From Utricularia gibba (lineage: Eukaryota; Plantae; Magnoliophyta): 38,359 bases of DNA. Shown piece after piece: positions 9,905 to 22,740 of this stretch; within the stretch, counting starts at the first letter, position 1, and each line of letters opens with the position of its first letter. The notes beneath the pieces are model-generated. The model did not search any database and was not told the origin of the DNA. It saw only the letters and a program-made list of their open reading frames with translations. The stretch covers positions 1 through 38,359 of the forward strand of contig NEEC01000218.1 of assembly GCA_002189035.1 (NCBI GenBank). Direction: 5' to 3'. The position numbers were made by a program, and so were the translations under genes.

Positions 9905-12900
9905 GGGCCCGAGCTCGACTCGACCTCCTACTCGATACCGTTGCCCCACGAGAGCCTTATCAAATATAAAGCATGCGGTTGAGAAAACCATTTTGGGTGC
10001 TCATGAAATCCTAACTTCAATAACTGCATCACGATTTTCGTCGAGTAGGACCCGATGTGGCAAAGGAGTCAGACCGAACCTATGGTCAGAACGAAGTTCC
10101 AAAAGACATCACCCCCAGAAACGACAAGCTTTTCCTTGAGAAACCATGTAGGCAGCCTATTAAAACCAACGTTAATAAATGCATCACTTTTTTGACAGGC
10201 TAAAAATGACTCTGGGAGCGAGCCCCGACTCGACCTTTTGCCGATACCGTGCCCCACTAGAGCGCCTCTCAATACAAAGCATGCGATTGACAAAAGCATT
10301 TTGGGTGCTCATGAAATCCTAACTTCAATAACTGCATCACGATTTTCGTCGAGTAGGACCAGATTTGGCAAAGGAGACAGACCGAACCTTGGGTCAGAAC
10401 GAAGTTCACAACGACATCACCGCCCAAAAACGACAAGCTTTTCCTTGAGAAACCATTGAGGCAGCCTATTAAAACCAACCGTTAATAAATGCATCAAGTT
10501 TTTTGCCGAGCTACAAATGACTATGGGCCCGAGCTCGACTCGACCTCCTACTCGATACCGTTGCCCCACGAGAGCACCTTATCAAATATAAAGCATGCGG
10601 TTGAGAAAACCATTTTGGGTGCTCATGAAATCCTAACTTCAATAACTGCATCACGATTTTCGTCGAGTAGGACCGATGTGGCAAGGACAGACCGAACCTT
10701 GGGTCAGAACGAAGTTCCAACGAAATCACCCGCCCAAAAACGACAAGCTTTTCCTTGAGAAACAATGTAGGCAGCCTATTAAAACCCAACGTTAATAAAT
10801 GCATCAAGTTTTTTTAGCTACAAATGACTATGGCCGAGCTCGACTCGACCTCCTGCTCGATACCGTGCCCCACTAGAGCGCCTCCTCAACTACAAAGCAT
10901 GCGATTGAAAAACATTTTGGGTGCTCATGAAATCCTAACTTCAATAACTGCATCACGATTTTCGTCGAGTAGGACCAGATTTGGCAAAGGAGACAGACCG
11001 AACCTTGGGTCAGAACGAAGTTCACAACGACATCACCCGCCCAAAAACGACAAGCTTTTCCTTGAGAAACCATTGAGGCAGCCTATTAAAACCAACGTTA
11101 ATAAATGCATCAAGTTTTTTGCCGAGCTACAAATGACTATGGGCCCGAGCTCGACTCGACCTCCTACTCGATACCGTTGCCCCACGAGAGCACCTTATCA
11201 AATATAAAGCATGCGGTTGAGAAAACCATTTTGGGTGCTCATGAAATCCTAACTTCAATAACTGCATCACGATTTTCGTCGAGTAGGACCCGATGTGGCA
11301 AAGGAGTCAGACCGAACCTATGGTCAGAACGAAGTTCCAAAAGACATCACCCGCCCAGAAACGACAAGCTTTTCCTTGAGAACCATGTAGGCAGCCTATT
11401 AAAACCAACGTTAATAAATGCATCACTTTTTTTGACAGGCTAAAAATGACTCTGGGCGAGCCGACTCGACCTTTTGCCCGATACCGTGCCCACTAGAGCG
11501 CCTCCTCAACTACAAAGCATGCGATTGAAAAAGCATTTTGGGTGCTCATGAAATCCTAACTTCAATAACTGCATCACGATTTTCGTCGAGTAGGACCAGA
11601 TTTGGCAAAGGAGACAGACCGAACCTTGGGTCAGAACGAAGTTCACAACGACATCACCGCCCAAAAACGACAAGCTTTTCCTTGAGAAAACCATTGAGGC
11701 AGCCTATTAAAACCAACCGTTAATAAATGCATCAAGTTTTTTGCCGAGCTACAAATGACTATGGGCCCGAGCTCGACTCGACCTCCTACTCGATACCGTT
11801 GCCCCACGAGAGCACCTTATCAAATATAAAGCATGCGGTTGAGAAAACCATTTTGGGTGCTCATGAAATCCTAACTTCAATAACTGCATCACGATTTTCG
11901 TCGAGTAGGACCGATGTGGCAAAGGTCAGACCGAACCTTGGTCAGAACGAAGTTCACAACGAAATCACCCGCCCAAAAACGACAAGCTTTTCCTTGAGAA
12001 ACAATGTAGGCAGCCTATTAAAACCCAACGTTAATAATGCATCAAGTTTTTTGCCGAGCTACAAATGACTATGAGCTCGACTCGACCTCTGCTCGATACC
12101 GTGCCCCACTAGAGCGCTCCTCAAATATAAAGCATGCGGTTGAAAACATTTTGGGTGCTCATGAAATCCTAACTTCAATAACTGCATCACGATTTTCGTC
12201 GAGTAGGACCAGATTTGGCAAAGGAGACAGACCGAACCTTGGGTCAGAACGAAGTTCACAACGACATCACCGCCAAAAACGACAAGCTTTTCCTTGAGAA
12301 AACCATTAGGCAGCCTATTAAAACCAACGTTAATAAATGCATCAAGTTTTTTGCCGAGCTACAATGACTATGGGCCGAGCTCGACTCGACCTCCTACTCG
12401 ATACCGTTGCCCCACGAGAGCCCTTATCAAATATAAAGCATGCGGTTGAGAAAACCATTTTGGGTGCTCATGAAATCCTAACTTCAATAACTGCATCACG
12501 ATTTTCGTCGAGTAGGACCCGATGTGGCAAAGGAGTCAGACCGAACCTATGGTCAGAACGAAGTTCCAAAAGACATCACCCGCCCAGAAACGACAAGCTT
12601 TTCCTTGAGAAACCATGTAGGCAGCCTATTAAAACCAACGTTAATAAATGCATCACTTTTTTTTTGACAGGCTAAAAATGACTCTGGGCGAGCCGACTCG
12701 ACCTTTTGCCCGATACCGTGCCCCACTAGAGCGCCTCCTCAACTACAAAGCATGCGATTGAAAAGCATTTTGGGTGCTCATGAAATCCTAACTTCAATAA
12801 CTGCATCACGATTTTCGTCGAGTAGGACCAGATTTGGCAAAGGAGACAGACCGAACCTTGGGTCAGAACGAAGTTCACAACGACATCACCCGCCCAAAAA

Positions 12901-15900
12901 CGACAAGCTTTTCCTTGAGAAACCATTGAGGCAGCCTATTAAAACCAACCGTTAATAAATGCATCAAGTTTTTTGCCGAGCTACAAATGACTATGGGCCC
13001 GAGCTCGACTCGACCTCCTACTCGATACCGTTGCCCCACGAGAGCACCTTATCAAATATAAAGCATGCGGTTGAGAAAACCATTTTGGGTGCTCATGAAA
13101 TCCTAACTTCAATAACTGCATCACGATTTTCGTCGAGTAGGACCCGATTTGGCAAAGGAGACAGACCGAACCTTGGTCAGAACGAAGTTCACAACGACAT
13201 CACCCGCCCAAAAACGACAAGCTTTTCCTTGAGAAACCATGTAGGCAGCTATTAAAACCCAACGTTAATAAATGCATCAAGTTTTTTGCCGAGCTACAAA
13301 TGACTATGGGCCCGAGCTCGACTCGACCTCCTGCTCGATACCGTGCCCCACTAGAGCGCCTCCTCAAATACAAAGCATGCGATTTAAAAGCATTTTGGGT
13401 GCTCATGAAATCCTAACTTCAATAACTGCATCACGATTTTCGTCGAGTAGGACCAGATTTGGCAAAGGAGACAGACCGAACCTTGGGTCAGAACGAAGTT
13501 CACAACGACATCACCCGCCCAAAACGACAAGCTTTTCCTTGAGAAAACCATTGAGGCAGCCTATTAAAACCAACGTTAATAAATGCATCAAGTTTTTTGC
13601 CGAGCTACAAATGACTATGGGCCCGAGCTCGACTCGACCTCCTGCTCGATACCGTTGCCCCACGAGAGCACCTTATCAAATATAAAGCATGCGGTTGAGA
13701 AAACCATTTTGGGTGCTCATGAAATCCTAACTTCAATAACTGCATCACGATTTTCGTCGAGTAGGACCCGATGTGGCAAAGGAGTCAGACCGAACCTATG
13801 GTCAGAACGAAGTTCCAAAAGACATCACCCGCCCAGAAACGACAAGCTTTTCCTTGAGAAACCATGTAGGCAGCCTATTAAAACCCAACGTTAATAAATG
13901 CATCATTTTTTTGACAGGCTAAAAATGACTCTGGGCGAGCCCGACTCGACCTTTTGCCCGATACCGTGCCCCACTAGAGCGCCTCCTCAACTACAAAGCA
14001 TGCGATTGAAAAGCATTTTGGGTGCTCATGAAATCCTAACTTCAATAACTGCATCACGATTTTCGTCGAGTAGGACCAGATTTGGCAAAGGAGACAGACC
14101 GAACCTTGGGTCAGAACGAAGTTCACAACGACATCACCCGCCCAAAAACGACAAGCTTTTCCTTGAGAAAACCATTGAGGCAGCCTATTAAAACCAACCG
14201 TTAATAAATGCATCAAGTTTTTTTGCCGAGCTACAAATGACTATGGGCCCGAGCTCGACTCGACCTCCTACTCGATACCGTTGCCCCACGAGAGCACCTT
14301 ATCAAATATAAAGCATGCGGTTGAGAAAACCATTTGGGTGCTCATGAAATCCTAACTTCAATAACTGCATCACGATTTTCGTCGAGTAGGACCCGATGTG
14401 GCAAAGGAGTCAGACCGAACCTATGGTCAGAACGAAGTTCCAAAAGACATCACCGCCCAGAAACGACAAGCTTTTCCTTGAGAAACCATGTAGGCAGCCT
14501 ATTAAAACCAACGTTAATAAATGCATCACTTTTTTTGACAGGCTAAAAATGACTCTGGGAGCGAGCCGACTCGACCTTTTGCCGATACCGTGCCCCACTA
14601 GAGCGCCTCCTCAATACAAAGCATGCGATTGACAAAAGCATTTTGGGTGCTCATGAAATCCTAACTTCAATAACTGCATCACGATTTTCGTCGAGTAGGA
14701 CCAGATTTGGCAAAGGAGACAGACCGAACCTTGGGTCAGAACGAAGTTCACAACGACATCACCCGCCCAAAAACGACAAGCTTTTCCTTGAGAAAACCAT
14801 TGAGGCAGCCTATTAAAACCAACCGTTAATAAATGCATCAAGTTTTTTGCCGAGCTACAAATGACTATGGGCCCGAGCTCGACTCGACCTCCTACTCGAT
14901 ACCGTTGCCCCACGAGAGCACCTTATCAAATATAAAGCATGCGGTTGAGAAAACCATTTTGGGTGCTCATGAAATCCTAACTTCAATAACTGCATCACGA
15001 TTTTCGTCGAGTAGGACCGATGTGGCAAAGGACAGACCGAACCTTGGGTCAGAACGAAGTTCACAACGAAATCACCCGCCCAAAAACGACAAGCTTTTCC
15101 TTGAGAAAACATGTAGGGCCTATTAAAACCCAACGTTAATAAATGCATCAAGTTTTTTGCCGAGCTACAAATGACTATGGGCCCGAGCTCGACTCGACCT
15201 CCTGCTCGATACCGTTGCCCCACTAGAGCGCCTCCTCAATACAAAGCATGCGATTGAAAAGCATTTTGGGTGCTCATGAATCCTAACTTCAATAACTGCA
15301 TCACGATTTTCGTCGAGTAGGACCAGATTGGCAAAGGAGACAGACCGAACCTTGGGTCAGAACGAAGTTCACAACGACATCACCCGCCCAAAAACGACAA
15401 GCTTTTCCTTGAGAAAACCATTGAGGCAGCCTATTAAAACCAACCGTTAATAAATGCATCAAGTTTTTTGCCGAGCTACAAATGACTATGGCCCGAGCTC
15501 GACTCGACCTCCTACTCGATACCGTTGCCCCACGAGAGCACCTTATCAAATATAAAGCATGCGGTTGAGAAAACCATTTTGGGTGCTCATGAAATCCTAA
15601 CTTCAATAACTGCATCACGATTTTCGTCGAGTAGGACCCGATGTGGCAAAGGAGTCAGACCGAACCTATGGTCAGAACGAAGTTCCAAAGACATCACCCG
15701 CCCAGAAACGACAAGCTTTTCCTTGAGAAACCATGTAGGCAGCCTATTAAAACCCAACGTTAATAAATGCATCACTTTTTTTGACAGGCTAAAAATGACT
15801 CTGGGAGCGAGCCCGACTCGACCTTTTGCCCGATACCGTGCCCCACGAGCGCCTCCTCAACTACAAAGCATGCGATTGAAAAAGCATTTTGGGTGCTCAT

Positions 15901-16467
15901 GAAATCCTAACTTCAATAACTGCATCACGATTTTCGTCGAGTAGGACCAGATTTGGCAAAGGAGACAGACCGAACCTTGGGTCAGAACGAAGTTCACAAC
16001 GACATCACCCGCCAAAAACGACAAGCTTTTCCTTGAGAAAACCATTGAGGCAGCCTATTAAAACCAACCGTTAATAAATGCATCAAGTTTTTTGCCGAGC
16101 TACAAATGACTATGGGCCCGAGCTCGACTCGACCTCCTACTCGATACCGTTGCCCCACGAGAGCACCTTATCAAATATAAAGCATGCGGTTGAGAAAACC
16201 ATTTTGGGTGCTCATGAAATCCTAACTTCAATAACTGCATCACGATTTTCGTCGAGTAGGACCCGATTTGGCAAAGGTGACAGACCGAACCTTGGGTCAG
16301 AACGAAGTTCACAACGAATCACCCGCCCAAAAACGACAAGCTTTTCCTTGAGAAAACAATGTAGGGCCTATTAAAACCCAACGTTAATTAATGCATCAAG
16401 TTTTTTGCCGAGCTACAAATGACTATGGGCCCGAGCTCGACTCGACCTCCTGCTCGATACCGTTGCC
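9905..16467. repeat. 4-mer HOR array X-Y-X'-Y' (~1.24 kb unit), copy 1, with one extra X-Y dimer
   Basis: X starts at 9905, 11141, 12372, 13619, 14245 and 15490 (spacings 1236, 1231, 1247, 626, 1245). X has ATCACTTT..GACAGGCTAAAAATG. Y has GAGCCCGAC..CTTTTGCCCG..CACTAGAG..CAGATTTGG..CCATTGAGG. X' has a Y-like middle (often ACAATGT/GAAATCACC) and an AAGTT..GACTAT end. Y' has a SacI-positive start then Y alleles. Confidence 0.85.
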
Positions 16468-16549
16468 TTGAGAAACTATGTAGGCAGCCTAATAAAGCCG
16501 AACGTTAATAAATGCATCAATTTTTTTTTGCCGGGCTACAAATGACTCT
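16427..16549. repeat. Truncated 123-bp monomer remnant with a ~193-bp internal deletion (junction 16467/16468)
   Basis: CGATACCGTTGCC is joined directly to TTGAGAAACTATGTAGG, skipping the invariant core. CC (16466-16467) is shared by both breakpoints. Confidence 0.92.
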
Positions 16550-17481
16550 GGGCCGAGCTCGACTCGACCTCCTGCTCGATACCGTTGCCCCACGAGAGTG
16601 CCTTATCAAATATAAAGCATGCGGTTGAGAAAACCATTTTGGGTGCTCATGAATCCTAACTTCAATAACTGCATCACGATTTTCGTCGAGTAGGACCCGA
16701 TGTGGCAAAGGAGTCAGACCGAACCTATGGTCAGAACGAAGTTCCAAAAGACATCACCCGCCCAAAACGACAAGCTTTTCCTTGAGAAACTATGTAGGCA
16801 GCCTAATAAAGCCGAACGTTAATAAATGCATCAATTTTTTTTGCCGGGCTACAAATGACTCTGGGCCCGAGCTCGACTCGACCTCCTGCTCGATACCGTT
16901 GCCCCACGAGAGTGCCTTATCAAATATAAAGCATGCGGTTGAGAAAACCATTTTGGGTGCTCATGAATCCTAACTTCAATAACTGCATCACGATTTTCGT
17001 CGAGTAGGACCCGATGTGGCAAAGGAGTCAGACCGAACCTATGGTCAGAACGAAGTTCCAAAAGACATCACCCCCAGAAACGACAAGCTTTTCCTTGAGA
17101 AACCATGTAGGCAGCCTATTAAAACCCAACGTTAATAAATGCATCACTTTTTTTGACAGGCTAAAAATGACTCTGGGCGAGCCCGACTCGACCTTTTGCC
17201 GATACCGTGCCCCACTAGAGCGCCTCCTCAACTACAAAGCATGCGATTGAAAAAACATTTTGGGTGCTCATGAAATCCTAACTTCAATAACTGCATCACG
17301 ATTTTCGTCGAGTAGGACCCGATTTGGCAAAGGAGACAGACCGAACCTTGGGTCAGAACGAAGTTCCAACGACATCACCCGCCAAAAACGACAAGCTTTT
17401 CCTTGAGAAAACCATGAGGCAGCCTATTAAAACCAACGTTAATAAATGCATCAAGTTTTTTGCCGAGCTACAAATGACTAT

Positions 17482-20400
17482 GGGCCCGAGCTCGACTCGA
17501 CCTCCTACTCGATACCGTTGCCCCACGAGAGCACCTTATCAAATATAAAGCATGCGGTTGAGAAAACCATTTTGGTGCTCATGAAATCCTAACTTCAATA
17601 ACTGCATCACGATTTTCGTCGAGTAGGACCCGATGTGGCAAAGGAGTCAGACCGAACCTTGGGTCAGAACGAAGTTCCAACGACATCACCCGCCCAAAAA
17701 ACGACAAGCTTTTCCTTGAGAAAAATGTAGGCAGCTATTAAAACCCAACGTTAATAAATGCATCAAGTTTTTTGCCGGCTACAAATGACTATGGGCCCGA
17801 GCTCGACTCGACCTCCTGCTCGATACCGTTGCCCCACGAGAGCGCCTTCAAATATAAAGCATGCGGTTGAGAAAACCATTTTGGGTGCTCATGAATCCTA
17901 ACTTCAATAACTGCATCACGATTTTCGTCGAGTAGGACCCGATGTGGCAAAGGAGTCAGACCGAACCTTGGTCGAACGAAGTTCCAACGACATCACCCGC
18001 AGAAACGACAAGCTTTTCCTTGAGAAACATGTAGGCAGCCTAAAACCAACGTTAATAAATGCATCAATTTTTTGCCGGGCTACAAATGACTCTGGGCCCG
18101 AGCTCGACTCGACCTCCTGCTCGATACCGTTGCCCCACGAGAGCACCTTATCAAATATAAAGCATGCGGTTGAGAAAACCATTTTGGGTGCTCATGAATC
18201 CTAACTTCAATAACTGCATCACGATTTTCGTCGAGTAGGACCCGATGTGGCAAAGGAGTCAGACCGAACCTTGGGTCAGAACGAAGTTCCCAACGACATC
18301 ACCCGCCAGAAACGACAAGCTTTTCCTTGAGAAAACTAGGCAGCTATTAAAACCCAACGTTAATAAATGCATCAAGTTTTTTGCCGAGCTACAAATGACT
18401 ATGGGCCCGAGCTCGACTCGACCTCCTACTCGATACCGTTGCCCCACGAGAGCCTCCTCAAATATAAAGCATGCGGTTGAGAAAACCATTTTGGGTGCTC
18501 ATGAAATCCTAACTTCAATAACTGCATCACGATTTTCGTCGAGTAGGACCCGATGTGGCAAAGGAGTCAGACCGAACCTTGGGTCAGAACGAAGTTCCAA
18601 CGACATCACCCGCCCAGAAACGACAAGCTTTTCCTTGAGAAACCATGTAGGCAGCCTAAAAACCAACGTTAATAAATGCATCAATTTTTTGCCGGGCTAC
18701 AAATGACTCTGGGCGAGCCCGACTCGACCTTTTGCTCGATACCGTGCCCACGAGAGCCTCCTCAAATATAAAGCATGCGATTGAGAAAACATTTTGGGTG
18801 CTCATGAAATCCTAACTTCAATAACTGCATCACGATTTTCGTCGAGTAGGACCCGATGTGGCAAAGGAGTCAGACCGAACCTTGGGTCAGAACGAAGTTC
18901 CAACGACATCACCCGCCCAGAAACGACAAGCTTTTCCTTGAGAAAACAATGTAGGCAGCTATTAAAACCAACGTTAATAAATGCATCAAGTTTTTTGCCG
19001 AGCTACAAATGACTATGGGCCCGAGCTCGACTCGACCTCCTACTCGATACCGTTGCCCCACGAGAGCGCCTTATCAAATATAAAGCATGCGGTTGAGAAA
19101 ACCATTTTGGGTGCTCATGAATCCTAACTTCAATAACTGCATCACGATTTTCGTCGAGTAGGACCCGATGTGGCAAAGGAGTCAGACCGAACCTTGGTCA
19201 GAACGAAGTTCCAACGACATCACCCGCCAGAAACGACAAGCTTTTCCTTGAGAAACTATGTAGGCAGCCTATTAAAGCCGAACGTTAATAAATGCATCAA
19301 TTTTTTTGCCGGCTACAAATGACTCTGGGACCGAGCTCGACTCGACCTCCTGCTCGATACCGTTGCCCACGAGAGCGCCTTATCAAATATAAAGCATGCG
19401 GTTGAGAAAACCATTTTGGGTGCTCATGAAATCCTAACTTCAATAACTGCATCACGATTTTCGTCGAGTAGGACCCGATGTGGCAAAGGAGTCAGACCGA
19501 ACCTTGGGTCAGAACGAAGTTCCAACGACATCACCCGCCAGAAACGACAAGCTTTTCCTTGAGAAAACCATGTAGGCAGCTATTAAAACCCAACGTTAAT
19601 TAAATGCATCAAGTTTTTTTGCCGAGCTACAAATGACTATGGGCCGAGCTCGACTCGACCTCCTCGATACCGTTGCCCCACGAGAGCGCCTCCTCAAATA
19701 TAAAGCATGCGGTTGAGAAAACCATTTTGGGTGCTCATGAATCCTAACTTCAATAACTGCATCACGATTTTCGTCGAGTAGGACCCGATGTGGCAAAGGA
19801 GTCAGACGAACCTTGGGTCAGAACGAAGTTCCAACGACATCACCCGCCAGAAACGACAAGCTTTTCCTTGAGAAACTATGTAGGCAGCCTAATAAACCAA
19901 CGTTAATAAATGCATCAATTTTTTGCCGGGCTACAAATGACTCTGGGCCCGAGCTCGACTCGACCTCCTGCTCGATACCGTTGCCCCACGAGAGCCCTTA
20001 TCAAATATAAAGCATGCGGTTGAGAAAACCATTTTGGGTGCTCATGAATCCTAACTTCAATAACTGCATCACGATTTTCGTCGAGTAGGACCCGATGTGG
20101 CAAAGGAGTCAGACCGAACCTTGGGTCAGAACGAAGTTCCAACGACATCACCCGCCAGAAACGACAAGCTTTTCCTTGAGAAAACAATGTAGGCAGCTAT
20201 TAAAACCCAACGTTAATAAATGCATCAAGTTTTTTGCCGAGCTACAAATGACTATGGGCCCGAGCTCGACTCGACCTCCTGCTCGATACCGTTGCCCCAC
20301 GAGAGCGCCTTATCAAATATAAAGCATGCGGTTGAGAAAACCATTTTGGGTGCTCATGAATCCTAACTTCAATAACTGCATCACGATTTTCGTCGAGTAG

Positions 20401-20562
20401 GACCCGATGTGGCAAAGGAGTCAGACCGAACCTTGGTCAGAACGAAGTTCCAACGACATCACCCGCCCAGAAACGACAAGCTTTTCCTTGAGAAACTATG
20501 TAGGCAGCCTAATAAAAACGTTAATAAATGCATCAATTTTTTGCCGGGCTACAAATGACTCT
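17482..20562. repeat. B-A' dimer HOR (five dimers, ~620 bp)
   Basis: Strict alternation of monomer ends: AAGTTT..GACTAT at ~17765, 18375, 18990, 19612 and 20228; AATTT..GACTCT at ~18067, 18683, 19300, 19918 and 20535. All cores are G-type with TTCC(C)AACGAC. Confidence 0.82.
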
Positions 20563-20874
20563 GGGCGAGCTCGACTCGACCTCCTGCCCGATACCGTTGC
20601 CCACGAGAGCGCCTCCTCAAATATAAAGCATGCGGTTGAGAAAAAACATTTTGGGTGCTCATGAAATCCTAACTTCAATAACTGCATCACGATTTTCGTC
20701 GAGTAGGACCCGATGTGGCAAAGGAGTCAGACCGAACCTTGGGTCAGAACGAAGTTCCAACGACATCACCCGCCAGAAACGACAAGCTTTTCCTTGAGAA
20801 ACCATGTAGGCAGCCTATTAAAACCAACGTTAATAAATGCATCAATTTTTTTTGCCGAGCTACAAATGACTTGG

Positions 20875-22740
20875 GCCCGAGCTCGACTCGACCTCCTGCT
20901 CGATACCGTTGCCCCACGAGAGTGCCTTATCAAATATAAAGCATGCGGTTGAGAAAACCATTTTGGGTGCTCATGAAATCCTAACTTCAATAACTGCATC
21001 ACGATTTTCGTCGAGTAGGACCCGATGTGGCAAAGGAGTCAGACCGAACCTATGGTCAGAACGAAGTTCCAAAAGACATCACCCGCCCAGAAACGACAAG
21101 CTTTTCTTGAGAAACTATGTAGGCAGCCTATAAAGCCGAACGTTAATAAATGCATCAATTTTTTTGCCGGCTACAAATGACTCTGGGCCGAGCTCGACTC
21201 GACCTCCTGCTCGATACCGTTGCCCCACGAGAGCCTTATCAAATATAAAGCATGCGGTTGAGAAAACCATTTGGGTGCTCATGAATCCTAACTTCAATAA
21301 CTGCATCACGATTTTCGTCGAGTAGGACCCGATGTGGCAAAGGAGTCAGACCGAACCTATGGTCAGAACGAAGTTCCAAAGACATCACCCGCCCAGAAAC
21401 GACAAGCTTTTCTTGAGAAACCATGTAGGCAGCCTATTAAAACCAACGTTAATAAATGCATCAATTTTTTTGCCGGCTACAAATGACTCTGGGCCCGAGC
21501 TCGACTCGACCTCCTGCTCGATACCGTTGCCCACGAGAGCGCCTTATCAAATATAAAGCATGCGGTTGAGAAAACCATTTTGGGTGCTCATGAAATCCTA
21601 ACTTCAATAACTGCATCACGATTTTCGTCGAGTAGGACCCGATGTGGCAAAGGAGTCAGACCGAACCTTGGTCAGAACGAAGTTCCCAACGACATCACCC
21701 GCCCAGAAACGACAAGCTTTTCCTTGAGAAACATGTAGGCAGCCTATTAAAACCAACGTTAATAAATGCATCAATTTTTTTTGCCGGGCTACAAATGACT
21801 CTGGGCGAGCTCGACTCGACCTCCTGCTCGATACCGTTGCCCCACGAGAGTGCCTTATCAAATATAAAGCATGCGGTTGAGAAAACATTTTGGGTGCTCA
21901 TGAATCCTAACTTCAATAACTGCATCACGATTTTCGTCGAGTAGGACCCGATGTGGCAAAGGAGTCAGACCGAACCTATGGTCAGAACGAAGTTCCAAAA
22001 GACATCACCCGCCCAGAAACGACAAGCTTTTCCTTGAGAAACATGTAGGCAGCCTAATAAAGCCAACGTTAATAAATGCATCAATTTTTTTGCCGGCTAC
22101 AAATGACTCTGGGCCCGAGCTCGACTCGACCTCCTGCTCGATACCGTTGCCCCACGAGAGTGCCTTATCAAATATAAAGCATGCGGTTGAGAAAACCATT
22201 TTGGGTGCTCATGAAATCCTAACTTCAATAACTGCATCACGATTTTCGTCGAGTAGGACCAGATGTGGCAAAGGAGTCAGACCGAACCCTTGGTCAGAAC
22301 GAAGTTCCAAAAGACATCACCCGCCCAAAAACGACAAGCTTTTCCTTGAGAAAACCATGTAGGCAGCCTATTAAAACCAACCGTTAATAAATGCATCAAG
22401 TTTTTTGCGAGCTACAAATGACTATGGGCCCGAGCTCGACTCGACCTCCTACTCGATACCGTTGCCCCACGAGAGCACCTTATCAAATATAAAGCATGCG
22501 GTTGAGAAAACCATTTTGGGTGCTCATGAAATCCTAACTTCAATAACTGCATCACGATTTTCGTCGAGTAGGACCGATGTGGCAAAGGAGTCAGACCGAA
22601 CCTATGGTCAGAACGAAGTTCCAAAAGACATCACCCGCCCAGAAACGACAAGCTTTTCCTTGAGAAACTATGTAGGCAGCCTATTAAAGCCGAACGTTAA
22701 TAAATGCATCAATTTTTTTGCCGGGCTACAAATGACTCTG
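20875..22740. repeat. A-like monomer block (counterpart of 1833-3715, without GATATC)
   Basis: G-type cores with ATCAATTT/GACTCT ends. A monomer with an AAGTT/GACTAT end lies at ~22256, matching the one at ~3230. Confidence 0.7.
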
